NCBI RefSeq assembly: GCF_006345805.1
Contig: NC_042998.1
Location: 58,156,001-58,220,000 of the forward strand
Origin: Octopus sinensis
Taxonomy: Eukaryota
Reading direction: 5' to 3'
Length of the DNA stretch: 64,000 nt
The position numbers and the translations under genes are program-made. A model generated the notes under the pieces. That model was not told the DNA's origin. It made no database searches and was given only the letters and a program-made list of their open reading frames with translations. How positions within the stretch are numbered: position 1 is the stretch's first letter; each line of letters begins with the position of its first letter. Below are positions 1 through 13,365 of this stretch, one piece after another.

Positions 1-349
1 TGTATACAATTGTGTCTTTCCCTATTAATGTCTTTCCCGACGAATAAATATCCACAATTTAGACTAGTCTGTTTGAAGCTATTATCTGTTAACTAGTAGG
101 ATTGATTGAATCAACTATAAAACGTTTCTCTTTTCTGGTGGAACTTTATAGTGAGGTATTAACCAACGATAAAATGAGGTATTTACCAACAATTCCTGTA
201 CCAAACTATAAATTTGCGATATGGGGATTCTAAAACGTGTAAACTGAATGATAATTGATATATTATTGTAAAAGATTAATGGATATTAGGTGCATTGAAG
301 ATAAATAATTAATATGTGTTGGAATAACAGTCGAAATGTCTGTGAGAGA

Positions 350-700
350 TACGCTTTAGTAACAAAGGAATATTATATTTTCAGCGTATATTTGCGAAAA
401 ATGTAACCTTGTTTCTGTGCAGAAACAAAATACGAAGCGTGTGCAATGTACATTGAGAATGGGTGTCTGTATTGCTAGATGTTGTAAAAATAAATATTTG
501 ATGGCGTAATGTCCGGAATCCGAGAAACTGGTGACGATCGAAAGCTATCAAAAGGAGTGAGTTCGCCGAATGTCGAATTGCTATGAGGAGTGGAATGTCT
601 CTTTGCAAAAAGGTCACGTTATAGTTTCTCTCCTTTGTAGCCAAAGTGAACTCATCTGTATACCACAAATTCCTCGACGAATATTGCAGATCACATTTTC
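350..700 (-). mobile_element. Heavily degraded Tc1/mariner-type transposase fragment
   Basis: Across frameshifts, FLQRD..TPH and PDITPSNIYF resemble QQDGA.PH and SPDLTP.DFF. Confidence 0.4.
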
Positions 701-1637
701 ACATAAATATGTAACAGATAGAGATAGAGAAAGAGAGGAGTGGTTATCAGCTTTCAAGATCTTGCTATCTAGCGACATTGATGCGACAGATACTTAGAAT
801 AAATATTGCGAAGGTTAGAGTGGGATAAAATATAATGGATGGATAGGGCATTAAACGTGGTACTGGTCCAAAATGCCTGCAGCAGTCAACTCATATAAAT
901 GAATCCAAGTATCGGTTGGTGGCATTAAGTTAGGTAATGTGTTAAATCTTGGACCCAAAGGCAAGAGTTGACAGATATTTAAGCATAAAGTATTTTTTTG
1001 AGAAACCTTGGCACCTACTATGTAACACCAATCACTGTATTAATGCATTTTCATGATTTCCGTCCAGACACTATAATTTCGATATTTTATTCACCCGTTA
1101 ATTTTACATCAAACTCCAGCCGTTCAGGTCCATATTGTTGAACCTCATAACATCCTGAACTTCAAGCCTTAAAATATTCACTGGGAAACATTTCGATATC
1201 TTTCTAAAATACAGGGTTTAATAGTCAACTGTTAAAACCTTAGTACATACCTTGAATTTTCCGAATCAATAAGGTAACATTGACGGGGTTACTTCATCTC
1301 CTAAAAATAGCGGTCAAATCTATCGCAAATAGATACTACTGTTTTATAAAAAGAAAGACACATTGAAGAAAAGTAGTACAATATTTACAGAAAGAGAAAG
1401 CATGATAGTCATCGCTGGGGTATCTTTGTTGCTTTAGCTGGATCAGAGCTGACCCAGAGCTTACAGAAATGAAATACGAACTAAAACCATATCAGTGTAA
1501 ATAATTTGCAGTATTGCCAAGAAACTCATATGATTTCTTGTCTTTTTGCCGGTGTTAAAAATAAGTGGGACTGTAGTGGATGTTTGATTCAAGGGTCATG
1601 TGTAAATACCACGCCTTTCTGACGATTCGTCCGATTC

Positions 1638-1685
<48 letters not shown>

Positions 1686-2137
1686 AGCACAAGCGAACAG
1701 GCATGCATATATGCCCACACACACTCACATACACATACACACACTTACACACACACACACACCACACACACACACAAGACGGTCTAACACCCGGATGTTA
1801 AGCCTACCTACGCAGATGATTCGTTTTCACACTCTGGAAATTCTGAAAGCATAATGTTGATAGCAAAAACTTAGTGCAAATGTTTGCTACAAGCTCAATG
1901 ACCAACATAACACAGACTTTTCGATTAAAGTTCTCCATCCCCGATGTAGCCAAAGGAATGCATCATTCGGTTGGTATTGTTAACTGTTTTCCCTAGCGGC
2001 GTCTTTATTTCCGGATATGTTGCATGCTCTCCCGTTTCTGGATACAAGTATGGTATACAGTCCTCTGATTTTCTTTTGATTTTTTCCCCATTTTTTCTTT
2101 TTTTTTGATAAAATGGGGAAGAATTTGCTGAAGGTGA

Positions 2138-2300
2138 TGAAGGAGTGGTTGTGTGGTTAAAAAGCTTGCTTTGAAACTCTGTGATTTCGGGTTCAGTCGC
2201 ACTGCTTGACATCGTGAAAGGCTGGTGTCATCTATAGCTTCGGGTCGATTAATGCTTTGTAAGTGAATTTGACAGACTGTGTGGAAGCTTATGGTGTGTA
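2138..2300 (+). mobile_element. Degenerate truncated tRNA-derived SINE (family A)
   Basis: Similar to the heads at 20641 and 39060 (ggagtggytgtgtggt...gggttcagtc.cactgc). Confidence 0.6.
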
Positions 2301-2308
2301 TAAATATG

Positions 2309-2350
<42 letters not shown>

Positions 2351-2375
2351 CGTTTGTGTGTGTGTGTGTGTGTAA

Positions 2376-2643
2376 GCGCAATGGCCCAGTTGTTAGGACA
2401 GCGGACTCGCGGTCGTAGGATCGCGGTTTCGATTCCCAGACCAGACGTTTTGAATGTTTATTGAGAGAAACACCTAAAGCTCCACGAGGCTCCGGCAGGG
2501 GGCAGTGGAGATCCCTGCTGTACTCCTTCGCCACAACTTTCTCTCACTCTTTCTTCTGTTGGTCTGCTCGCTTAGGCAGCGTGGTGGCATCATTTGAAGG
2601 CTAAAACAATGCGAAGCGCATTGTGACCGATCGGTCACATGAT
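2376..2643 (+). mobile_element. tRNA-derived SINE (family B)
   Basis: A-box/B-box-like head (tggcccagt.gttagg...gtttcgattccc); near-identical reverse copy at 55865-56166. Confidence 0.8.
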
Positions 2644-2666
2644 ATATATATATATATATATAATAT

Positions 2667-2717
<51 letters not shown>

Positions 2718-3001
2718 TGTGTGTGTGTGTGTGTGTGTGTTGTGTGTGCAAAATAGCACCAACAATAGCTAGAATAAGAGCTAAAAGTTATAACTGGAAT
2801 AGCCACACAAAGTCGTTAACCTTATGAGATGTTGTGTGGCTATTTGAGTTATATATTTTAATGCTCATTCCTAGCAAGTGTAGGTGCTATTTTGCACCCT
2901 TGTTTATGTATTCTACCATTTTGGTTTTTAATTTCTTTAACCATCTATATCATAACGTATTTAATATATCATAATATCTATTTATCGCTAGAATACCTTA
3001 T

Positions 3002-3064
<63 letters not shown>

Positions 3065-3244
3065 GTGTGTATATATATATATATATATATTGAGTGAGAG
3101 AGAGAGAGAGTGAGAGAGAGGCTGCGATTGGTAAATACTGTACTGTTTGGCATTCGCGCCGGGAGCTCCAATACGAACAGATGGTGACCCACAGAGCAGC
3201 CGTTGTTTTGCTATGTTTCCAAACCATGTACTGCGAATATCAAA

Positions 3245-3775
3245 AATCCGGTCAATGTCATGATGTTTGGAGTGATCAATAGTGATGGGACGTTATGCGT
3301 CTATTCATCTTCCCACACGGCCTCAGACTCAACAAAGAGGCCTACATCAAATGCCTAGAAGAAGGTAGTGCGGCCTTGAGTCACGGGTGTGGATGCTGGA
3401 AGATCCTATATCTGGTAACAGGACTCTGCACCATGCCACACAAGAAGAGAACCCAGTCATAGCTGTCAGACAATTTCTGCAACCACATCATCCCTAACAT
3501 CTGGCCACCTAACTTCCTAGACTGCAACCCCTTTGGTTATTATGTGTGGGGCGCAGTTGAGCGAGAGACAACAAAACTCCTTGTAATACCAAAGATGAAC
3601 TGAAGACAAGGATTATGGCAGCATTCACCAATTAAAACTAGGAGACTGTCCAGAAGAGTTGCAGGAGATTCCGAAGTCGTCGTCTGGAGGCAATGGTTGA
3701 AGCCAATGGCGATTTCATTGAATAAATTTACTCTTTATAGTATTTCAAGATATTTTTATGTAATTTTGGTAAATA
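3245..3775 (+). mobile_element. Tc1/mariner DD37D-like (maT-type) transposase pseudogene, 3' part
   Basis: VMMFGVINSDG, QDSAPCHT, WPPNFLDCNPFGYYVWGAVE, RLEAMVEANGDFIE* with stops and frameshifts; about 37 residues between the second and third catalytic positions. Confidence 0.85.
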
Positions 3776-3844
3776 TATTTTTGCATAATTTAGACAACAA
3801 TATATTCACCGCGCCCCCTCCCACACACACACACTCACACACAT

Positions 3845-4107
3845 ACGAGGGGGTGTTGAAAAGTTTCTTGCTTTAAGGGTATCGCAAAAGGCCTGGCTGG
3901 TGGCCCAACCTTCTGATTTCTTTTACAGGATTTAGAAAAACTGAAGGACCGCTGTTGAATAAAATCTGAGAGGGGGTATATGTGGTGAATCTGAGAGGGG
4001 TATATGTGGTGAATCTGAGAGGGGTATATGTTGAATAAAATCATAATTAACTGATCCTCTTTTGTTTTCTTTTACCCACAGCGAGGAATATTTCAACATG
4101 CCTCGTG
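3845..4107 (+). mobile_element. Non-autonomous mariner-type MITE with a triplicated internal ~25-bp unit
   Basis: Left TIR tacgagggggtgttgaaaagtt; degenerate right TIR ...gcgaggaatatttcaacatgcctcgt; aatctgagagggg(g)tatatgtggtg x3 at 3963-4036 corresponds to the transposase C-terminus (NLRG.YVE*). Confidence 0.7.
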
Positions 4108-4135
4108 TCTATACGTGTGTGTGTGTACGTGTGCA

Positions 4136-4174
<39 letters not shown>

Positions 4175-4594
4175 TGTTTGTTTGACTCGCTCCGACCGCT
4201 TGACAGCTGGTGTTTTTTTTTTATGTCTCCGTAACCTAGCAGTTCGACAAAAGTAAAAACATTAGAATGATTACTACACTTAAAAGTAAAGTAGGCAGTG
4301 GGGTTTAGTTTTCAATTAGAACTTTTCAATGTACGGTTCGAGCATGGCCGGGGGCCAAAGACTGAAACAAGCGAAAGGATCATATCATATAGAGGTTGCT
4401 TCGTTCAGATGGAATGAAGGAAGAACTTCTTGGAGATTATATAAGATGTATTATGACTAAAATATAATAATTATCAGTATTTTTGCTTCTTTTCTATCTA
4501 TTGTAATTAACATTGTTCTCAAAATCAAAGAATGCTTTAATACAATAATATTAATTAATTTTACGCATTTTCACTTCTTTCCTGATTAGTTGAT

Positions 4595-4750
4595 TTTCAT
4601 CTTATAACTAGAAATTATCATCATCGTCGTCATTGTCTTCTCTGTAAGCATCCCCATCCTCATCACTGCCTGCAATACCACCGTCTTTCCCCTCTTCCTC
4701 CTCCTCATCATCATTATCATCGCTGTCGCCATTTTCATCATCATCCTCAA

Positions 4751-4787
<37 letters not shown>

Positions 4788-4940
4788 TTTATTGTAAAGA
4801 TCAATATCACCATCATCATCGTTGTAAGCATCATCATTTTCACTGCAAGCATCATCATCGTTGTCATCATCATCATCATCATCAGTGCGAGCCTTATCAT
4901 GATCTTCGTCATCATCATCCACATCAACATAATCATTATC
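4595..4940. repeat. Degenerate (ATC)n trinucleotide tract
   Basis: Visible (tca)n runs; source of the poly-D and poly-M ORFs. Confidence 0.9.
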
Positions 4941-5007
4941 TAAACAACTGATTGCATTTCCCTTTTTTACACAAATACATTTACATATCTCTTTTCCGTT
5001 TTTATAG

Positions 5008-5254
5008 CACTTGCTGTGTCTCTTGTTACAAGCCCTGGCATGTATTGCTATGAACCCAAACTATCATCCAGTTCTCAGCGAAGCGGATATCGCAGATATG
5101 CTAATGCAGCTTCTTCTGCCTTCCGATGAATGGTACTATACCAACCACAGCACCAAGTATGCCAAATACGTGAAATACAACGCTGCGCGAATTTTAGTTT
5201 ACATGGGTCTGCTTCATAAGCTTGGTGGAAGAGTCGATCTATTCGACCGGAAAC
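5008..5254 (+). CDS. Internal coding exon 1 of a large RasGEF-REM-domain-containing gene (helical/ARM-like segment HLLCLLLQALACIAMNPNYH...SDEWYYTNHSTKYAKYVKYNAARILVYMG...DLFDRK)
   Basis: Pyrimidine tract plus AG at 5006-5007; GTGAGT donor at 5255; 247 nt open and non-repetitive (phase 0 to 1); joins the 22033 exon in frame (C+CA = Pro). Confidence 0.9.
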
Positions 5255-5606
5255 GTGAGTACATCTGTTTGTATTTAATGCTTCAAACGATAAAAATAAA
5301 CAGCCACATGATATTTATTTGTTTATTTATTTATTTATTTATTTATTTATAATACTGTTTTGGTTTACTAATCTTCATTGATAAAATGTGAGAAGTTACG
5401 TTCGTATAATAGTCTATACACATACATGCCCCTGTGTGTACATATATATAATGTATGTATGTATGTATGTATACACACACACTCACACACACAACACACA
5501 TAGATATAAAATCTGATGTACGTACATTCATATCTACACTGTAAAGTTAAATGCCCTATGGGTGTGAAACCTTGGATAACCCCACCGAACGGCCGTAAAT
5601 ATATTT

Positions 5607-5651
<45 letters not shown>

Positions 5652-5746
5652 GTATGTATGTGTGTATGTATGTATATATATTCCTACATAGATACATATA
5701 ACTATACATCCGCATATATACATTCATATATACGCAAGTAGACACT

Positions 5747-5781
<35 letters not shown>

Positions 5782-5803
5782 ACATACACACACACAAAAA
5801 CAC

Positions 5804-5834
<31 letters not shown>

Positions 5835-6114
5835 TACACAAAGCTTTAATTATAGTATTGACCATTCGTCATAGGGATTTTATTTTTGGCATAAATATCC
5901 TTACATGTCTGTGTGTGTGTGCGTGAGTGTGTGTGGTCCGCTTCATTCTGAGAAAAAGAAACGGCTTTGTTCCTTGTTCCTTGACACGGAGCAGCTATCT
6001 GGATAACCTTGCTTCCTTCATTGACAAGCGCCATAGAACATGAGGTCAGCTCCAGGACTGGTGTGCTCGCTCATAAGATTTCATTAAACACTGCAATGGC
6101 ATCTCACTTAACCA

Positions 6115-6132
6115 CTGCTGCTGTTGCTGCTG

Positions 6133-6178
<46 letters not shown>

Positions 6179-6490
6179 AAATTAGTAGTAGAATGGTGGT
6201 GGTGGTGGTGGTGGTGGTGGTGGTGATGGTGGTATTTAATTCCGCTAAGTTCCACTTTAGATTTTCCGGAGTCGATAGAGAAACAGATCCCAAGTACTTG
6301 ATCGATTTCTGTCGACTGCAACGCTTCTCAAAATTTATGATCGTATAGTTCTCTTTCTTTCTCACACTTTATGTCATCCACGTCTTCCGACCGCCACCTC
6401 ACATACGCATATTATAAACTGCCCTTGTAATGTTCCCGTTATCTGATAACCCTTATTGCAAATAGAAGCTGTTCTTATTATTATTGTAGT

Positions 6491-6536
<46 letters not shown>

Positions 6537-6810
6537 CAGCAGCAGCAGCTGCAGTAGTGGTAGAAGGAGGAGGAGGAGAAGGAGGAGAGGCAGCAGCAGC
6601 AGCAGAAGTAGCGAGAGCAGCAGCAGTCTTAGTAGTAGTAGTGGTGGTGTTGTAGTAGTTGTAGTAGTAGTAGTAGTAGGAGGAGAGGAGGAGGAGGACG
6701 AATACGACGACGACGAAGGGGAGGACAAGAAGCAGCAGCAAAGTAGTAGTAGTAGCAGCAGCGGCGGCGGCGGCGGCGGCGGTCGCGGTGGCAGCGGTGG
6801 TGGTGGTAGT
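6115..6810. repeat. Compound trinucleotide repeats (CTG, CTA, GTG, TAG, GCA, GGA, GCG)
   Basis: Directly visible; source of the poly-L/T/S/V ORFs. Confidence 0.9.
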
Positions 6811-6974
6811 GGTGGTAGTATGAAGTTTTTTTAATAGACAGTGACACCGGGTTCAGTCCCGCTGCGTGGCACCTTGGGCAACTGACTTCTACTACAGCCT
6901 CGGGCCGATCAAAGCCTTGTGAATGAATTTGGTAGACGGAAACTGAAAGAATCCCGTCGTATATATGTATGTAA

Positions 6975-7059
<85 letters not shown>

Positions 7060-7250
7060 GTGTTCGTCCCCCCACAACATCGCTTGACAACCGATGCTGG
7101 TGTGTTTACGTCACCGTAACTTAGCGGTTCGGCAAAAGAGACCGATAGAATACAAAGAATAAGTCCTGGGGTCGATTTGCTCGACTAAAGGCGGTGCTCC
7201 AGCATGGTCGCAGTCAAATGACTGAAACAAGTAGAAGAGTAAAAGAGTGG
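6810..7250 (+). mobile_element. tRNA-derived SINE (family A) with (TA)n(TG)n core
   Basis: Matches copies at 20641, 39060, 49440 and 56508; ends aaacaagtaraagagtaaaagag. Confidence 0.85.
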
Positions 7251-7801
7251 AGGAAGGGCAGAGCTCTTTTCAGGAAAACTCCGTGACTGGAGGAAAGTAG
7301 GAAGCGCTCAAGTATAAACTCGTGTAAGTCAACAAAAACAAAAAAAAAAATCAGAAAAATAGAAACCAGTCGAAATAATAAAAGCAGGCAAGAGTCAATA
7401 GCCCACAGGTTTGTCCATGAATCAAAAAATAGTGATTATTCTTTAGTGGGTGTAGGTTTCAGGGGTAGAAGGTGGAGAGGAGGCGGTATTATACACAGTT
7501 ATGGCCATAGTATCGTCTCATCACCCTTTCTCGATATATATCGGCTTGAAGGTAGGTGTAAGAAATCGATTCTGTTTACATGCTATGGCTGTTGTTAAGA
7601 TGGCGGCGGTAGTAAAGAGTGCACTGGTTACTTTAGTGTTTCTGAATTCAAATAAGAACAGAATTGACTTTGCTATCCATCCCCATGCGATCGATAGGAG
7701 AAATATCAGTTAAGTACGGTGAAATTGGGAATCTTATATACATATGTATGTATATATGTAAGTATATATTTATGTAAGTATATATGTATGCATATAAGTA
7801 A

Positions 7802-7859
<58 letters not shown>

Positions 7860-8172
7860 ATATATATACACACATACATATATATATGCACATATGCTTA
7901 TATATATATATATTATATATATATATATGTATGTATGTATATATATATAATATATATATATATATATGTTCATAGGTCTACAATCTAATGTGTATAGATA
8001 TATATCACGCACGTGTCTACATATGTACGCATCACAGTATATACAAATGTATGTGTGTGGGTATATAGCTCGTACGTATATATATATATATATGTGCGTG
8101 TGTGTGTGTGTTTGTGTGTATGTATATATATATGTATATATATATGTGTGTGAGTGTGTATGTATGTGTATG

Positions 8173-8205
<33 letters not shown>

Positions 8206-11200
8206 TATATATTTATACACATACATACGTATGTACGTATGTATTTTTTCATGTGTATGTGCGCATGCTTGTGTTTGGATGTTCGCGTACAAATTTTTAA
8301 TTGTACCAAACTCCATTTCTTTAGCTTTCCAGCAAAACCGTCCTATCGATCTTTAACTTGAATCATATTGTACTTTGGACATGTTAAAGTGGAAATTGTA
8401 TCGAAAATCATTTTAGTTGATGAGTGTACATGATTTGTTCTTTTCTATGCTGGGAAATATTTGAATACTGCATCGAGTATAAATTTTGTTTTGCTGTCTT
8501 TTTTATTCCTAAACTAGTGAGTCATATCTCATTGCTGTGATTTAAGAAATGTTATCCAGGTTATTTCCTGTTTCTTTTAGAAGAGATTTGATTCCCTTCA
8601 AGCTGTCATTTCTAACCAATTCTATAGATTTGTACGAAGAAGAACTCTTAAGTTTCCTTAAACGCTTATTCAGTTCCCCTTGATAACATCTCTAACGTAG
8701 GATACTTAGAGTATTAACGAAGTAGCTTGTATGCGGTCGATCAGCATGCTAGTAATTGCTGCTAAATATCCTATAAATTGCACCATATTGTCCTTTCCTA
8801 ACGGGTACATTAAACAACGCAGCCTTAAATACAGTATGCTTAGTAAAAATTGACTAGAATATCGTTGAGCATCGAACTACTTGATCAAAGGTGCCCTGGG
8901 GTCTACAATTCAATGACAAAGGATACAATTGACAGAATCATTGATATAGAAAAAATACGGAATGGTCACGAACTTTGATCATGACTCTACTTTATTAGGC
9001 CTTACTAGGGCTAAGCAACGACAGCAACAATTTTCTCATAAAAGCTTATGGCATAAACAGTGATTGCATGCGCAGTTGATTTCTCCGGAATTATATTTCA
9101 ATTGTTTGTAGTAAATATAATAAATGAATGAACACAGCCATCAACTTTTGAAATCATTGTAGTATATGATATCGTAGCTATGTTGTCACAGATATGGTTG
9201 ATGATAACTTTTCTGTTCAATAAATCTTGAATGCAACATATGTGCAGTAACATCAGTTGTATCCAACACCTCAGTAGGTAGTCTTTACACCTATTAACAC
9301 TTCATTGTTTCTAAATGCCATCTCTAGAAATCAATCACTATCTCACCAGTAACGCAGCGTGTAGTAACATTTCATTTGAAGGACACTGACTTCAAGTACT
9401 AAGTTCTTTAGCTCTTGCTAAATCATTACAATTTAAGTAGAAACCTTCAAGAGCACGTATACATGGTTGTTCGATCAACTATAATTTCTCTCTAATTATA
9501 GATTTCCGTCTTTAAAAAGTACGAGATTCTTTGAACAATATAGTACTAAAAGATGGTTAGATATGACTGGAATATCCCTTAAGTTGCTTGATCATCTGAC
9601 CCACGGTTTATTTTATCGTATATGATTGTATATAATTTTATATATTCTCAGCAGGCCACACTTTTGACTGTATAGAATATAGGTAATTATCATATGTTAT
9701 AATACATTTTATTATTTTAACATTATATAAATTTGTATTATATATTATATTTTTACTAGTATTTAGCAGAAGCAACAGAGTGACTCAAGGTCCGAAAGTT
9801 TCATGCGTTAGCGCTTATATATTATATAAATTTGTATTATATTATAGGTTTGTTCTCACAAATATCCTGTCTTAACTTTCTAATTAATATCATATCAGGA
9901 GCTCCTAAAAACCCAGCAAGCGATCAATGGAGCAATGGGTTTACAGCCAAAAAACGCTCTTCTAGCTGGGCTGGAAAATTGAAATGATTTATAGTAGAAA
10001 GGAGGCTTCGCTGATTAAACAAGTAAATATAACTACTGATATTTTACGACAACCAAAAAAAAGACAACAAAAACAGAAATTAAAGTAAAATACAAGAACA
10101 TAAATCAAAATATCGAACAGTAAATGATGTATTAAAAAGCCATGTGCAAGGCCCAGTGCCTGTTAGATGTTCGAAACATTACACAGAGTAAAATAATCAT
10201 TAGTCTTTAATACAAGCTCCAATCTTTAAACAAGCAGATTTAATTAAGGGTTTCTAAGCAGTATCCTGATTAAATCAGTCAAGGACATTATCAAGAAGCG
10301 AAAGTAATTAGAATATCACTGGTTGTATGCCATGTTTCAAATTAATCCGGTGCCCAGTAAACCATTAGTCAATTCTTGCAGTAACAAACTGAAGCAATCA
10401 AGGAATTAATAATTGTCTAATTCTTTTTAAACAATTAATTTCATAATCGTTGAAGCTTGGAATCGCCGATATAACAAATAATTGAATAAATCGTGAACAT
10501 TTTTTAAAAAAACAAGGCTACCTGAAACTGAATGATTTAAACTAGTGCGATAACTAGTCTAAAGATGATTTATTAAGTTCTTGTTGTTTAACACCAAGTC
10601 AATGCTGATAGAGTAGTCAGACGTGATCATAAGCAATTTCAACTAAAACCAGGCTGTATTTTCTTCACGAATAACGTACCCTGTCAACTCAATCCAATGT
10701 GTCCTGATAGCAGTGAGTGATTTTTGAGGGGATCAGGTTGGGGAGGTTTTGTTACTACTTCTAACAGACCGTGTGGTGGTGCAGGCTCTGTTGTTATGAC
10801 GAAGTAACGCAATAACCCCCTCAACTCAAAGCAAAAGTAACACGATGCTAAAACATTTGCTCAGCAATCTTTAGGACCGACATCAAGTAAACGTCTCACC
10901 GACATGGGAGTGGATGTAGTAGCCTTCATAGTTCTCCTTAGAATCGTCTTGGATCACTTCGCAAACAAACATCACTATAGCTGACAACATCGTCGTCATC
11001 GTCATCATCACCATCATCATCATCATAAGCAGCAGCAGCATAATCATTATGACGTTTAAGGTCGTCATCAACGTCCTCGCCATTATTTTTATAATTCATT
11101 GTAAGTTCGATAAACGCCATGGGTTGTCAGAATGTGTAGATTGGCAGACGAAATATCTTGTAGGAATTAGCTGCAAATCTTTATGTTGCGTGTTTGAATC

Positions 11201-11773
11201 TCACTAATCTACCAATCAGCTACTTAGAATCCATAAAATAAGTACCAGTCAAGTAGTGCACTGAATATAATCGATTAACTCCCAACCCCACACCAATTTA
11301 TGCTTATGTTAAAAATTCAGATTACTTTCACTTTTCTATAAACCGCTTATCTTCAAACATACACACACACACACACACACAACGGGCTTTCACACATTTT
11401 CACTCAAACAATTTCAGTCACAAGGCATTGGTTGGCTAAGGGCTATTGTATAAGATGCCATCCTACGATGTCACGCAATGAGACTGGATCCGAAAGCACG
11501 TTGTTGCGAAGATGACACTTAATCAAACAGACATGTTTATATGTTGCCTTTCACTACTGCTTCACTCCATGTCAGCGATGATCGAAACGACATGAGATCA
11601 AAACACATCCCAGAACTGAACATAATGTCTTTTTTTTTTCTTTTTCTTCTCTGGTGTAGGTGTATTCAATACCTTATTTAAAGGCGTCTTCCTCTTTATA
11701 AACAACATAGTGCAATTTCAAAAAGGCTTGGCTGCTATTTCTGGCAGGTGTAAGAAACATCCATGGCTTGTTC

Positions 11774-12356
11774 GGATCTATCGCTTTTGACCTACAGATT
11801 TAAAAAATAATCTTTTGTAATATTTCGTTCGTCACTGTTATTTATGACAACCCTAACCCTAAAACCCTAACCCTAACCCTAAGACCTTAACCCTAACCCT
11901 AACCCTAAAACCATAACTCTAACCCTAAAACCTAACCCTAAAGCCCTAACCCTAAAACCCTAACCCTAACACCCTAACATTAAAACCCTAACCCTAAAAC
12001 CCTAACTCTAACCCTAAAACCCTAACCTTAAAACCTTAAAACCAGTACAAACGCACGAACAATGTCATAAATAACAGTGACAAACAAAAAATACACCGCC
12101 GATAGTTGTTGACAAACAACGACAGTAATTTTATTCAGTTGAATACACCTTTTTATTCCGCTGAATACATTGATTGGTTGAAATTACCGAAATACGAGAA
12201 CTTCAACGTGAAATAACTTCGTAAATATAAGTTTTTCTCAAAAACGCTAAGAGTAAAACATGTTTTATATGACACATTCTACTAGTGTTCGAAGTTTGAA
12301 AGTGTTTAGTTACAAAAAATTATTTTTCAAGTTTGTCGGTCAAAAGGTAAAAATCC
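11774..12356. mobile_element. 583-bp MITE with 47-bp imperfect TIRs (GG...CC) and 8-bp TSD; Merlin-like termini
   Basis: TSD GCTTGTTC at 11766-11773 and 12357-12364; TIRs 11774-11820 and 12310-12356 match at 38/47. Confidence 0.8.
11851..12040 (-). repeat. Interstitial telomere-like array (TTAGGG and TTTTAGGG variants) inside the MITE
   Basis: CCCTAA and CCCTAAAA units, bracketed by a second inverted repeat at 11821-11849 / 12063-12091. Confidence 0.9.
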
Positions 12357-12894
12357 GCTTGTTCGTTTCCCATTCACAACTTCTGTTACGTACAAATTCA
12401 CAGTAACCTTTTGACATATCTGATATCGATGTCTGTGGATAATTTTAGCGAATATGAATTATGTTTATACAGTAGTAAAGAATGGATTCATATTCTTCAT
12501 CTGCATATTTATCTCTATCAAATAAAAGTTACATTTTCTCACTTTTATTTCAAGACACGAATTTCCTATTTTAATAAGTTTGATTCTCTAATAATTTGCA
12601 ATCACACACTTACTTCATTCACAGCGATGTTGACATATCGAACATAAATTTTTATTTTATTGAATTTTTTTTTCTCGTCTTAAATCTAATTTATTTGTGT
12701 GCAATGAATCAGGCATTCAAGATGTCCAAATAATTACATAATCACTTGTTTTACAGTAATCTTCAAAGAATCATTAATTATAATAATCATGCATGAATAT
12801 CTTCAAAATTCTGAACGCATTCTTTCTTCAGCCTTCTCCATTCATTGTTGTTATCACTCTTTTTCTCACTTCACAATTTCTCTCTTATTCTCTC

Positions 12895-13365
12895 TCTACT
12901 TCTTCTCCTTCTTCTTCGCTCTCTCCTTCATCTTCTCCTTCTTCTTCTTCTTCTTCTTCTTCTTCTTCTTCTTCTTCTTCTTCTTCTTCTTCTTCTACAT
13001 TTTTTCCTATCCTTTTTCTCCTTTTCTTCTCCTTCTCCTCCTCCTTCTTCTCCTTTTCTTCTTCTTCTTCTTCTTCTTCTCTTTCTCCTTCTTCTTCTTC
13101 TCCTCCACCTTCTTCTTCTTCTTCTTCTTCTTCTCTTTGTATTTTCTCCTCCTTCTTCTACTCCTCCTTCTTCTCCTTTTTCTACTCCTCCTTATTCTCC
13201 TTCTCCTTCTCTACCTCCCACTCTTCATCCTTCTCCTTCTCCTTCTACTCCTCCTTCCCCTTCTCCTCCTTCTCTTTCTCCTCCTTCTTCTCCTTCTCCT
13301 TCTTCTTCTTCTCCTCCTCCTCCTCCTCCTCCTCCTACTTCTTCTTCTTCTTCTTCTTCTTCTAA
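12895..13365. repeat. ~470-bp polypyrimidine (TTC/CTC)n tract
   Basis: Directly visible; source of the poly-F/L/S ORFs. Confidence 0.95.

Noticed and set aside
4082-4124. Possible 43-nt exon (EEYFNMPRVYTCVC) with an AG acceptor and GTACGT donor, in phase with exon 1
   Set aside because: It coincides with the right TIR of the mariner MITE and runs into a (TG)n tract; phase agreement is a 1-in-3 chance. Only junction reads could rescue it as an exonised TE.
4586-4936. Acidic poly-Asp and poly-Met ORFs (also 10883-11120)
   Set aside because: Translations of degenerate (ATC)n repeats; antisense to the gene, with no splice or unique coding context.
6108-7090. Poly-Leu/Thr/Ser ORFs resembling signal peptides or mucins
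   Set aside because: Trinucleotide microsatellites running into a SINE.
11851-12040. True chromosome end or fusion scar
   Set aside because: Short, degenerate, single orientation and enclosed in a TSD-flanked MITE.
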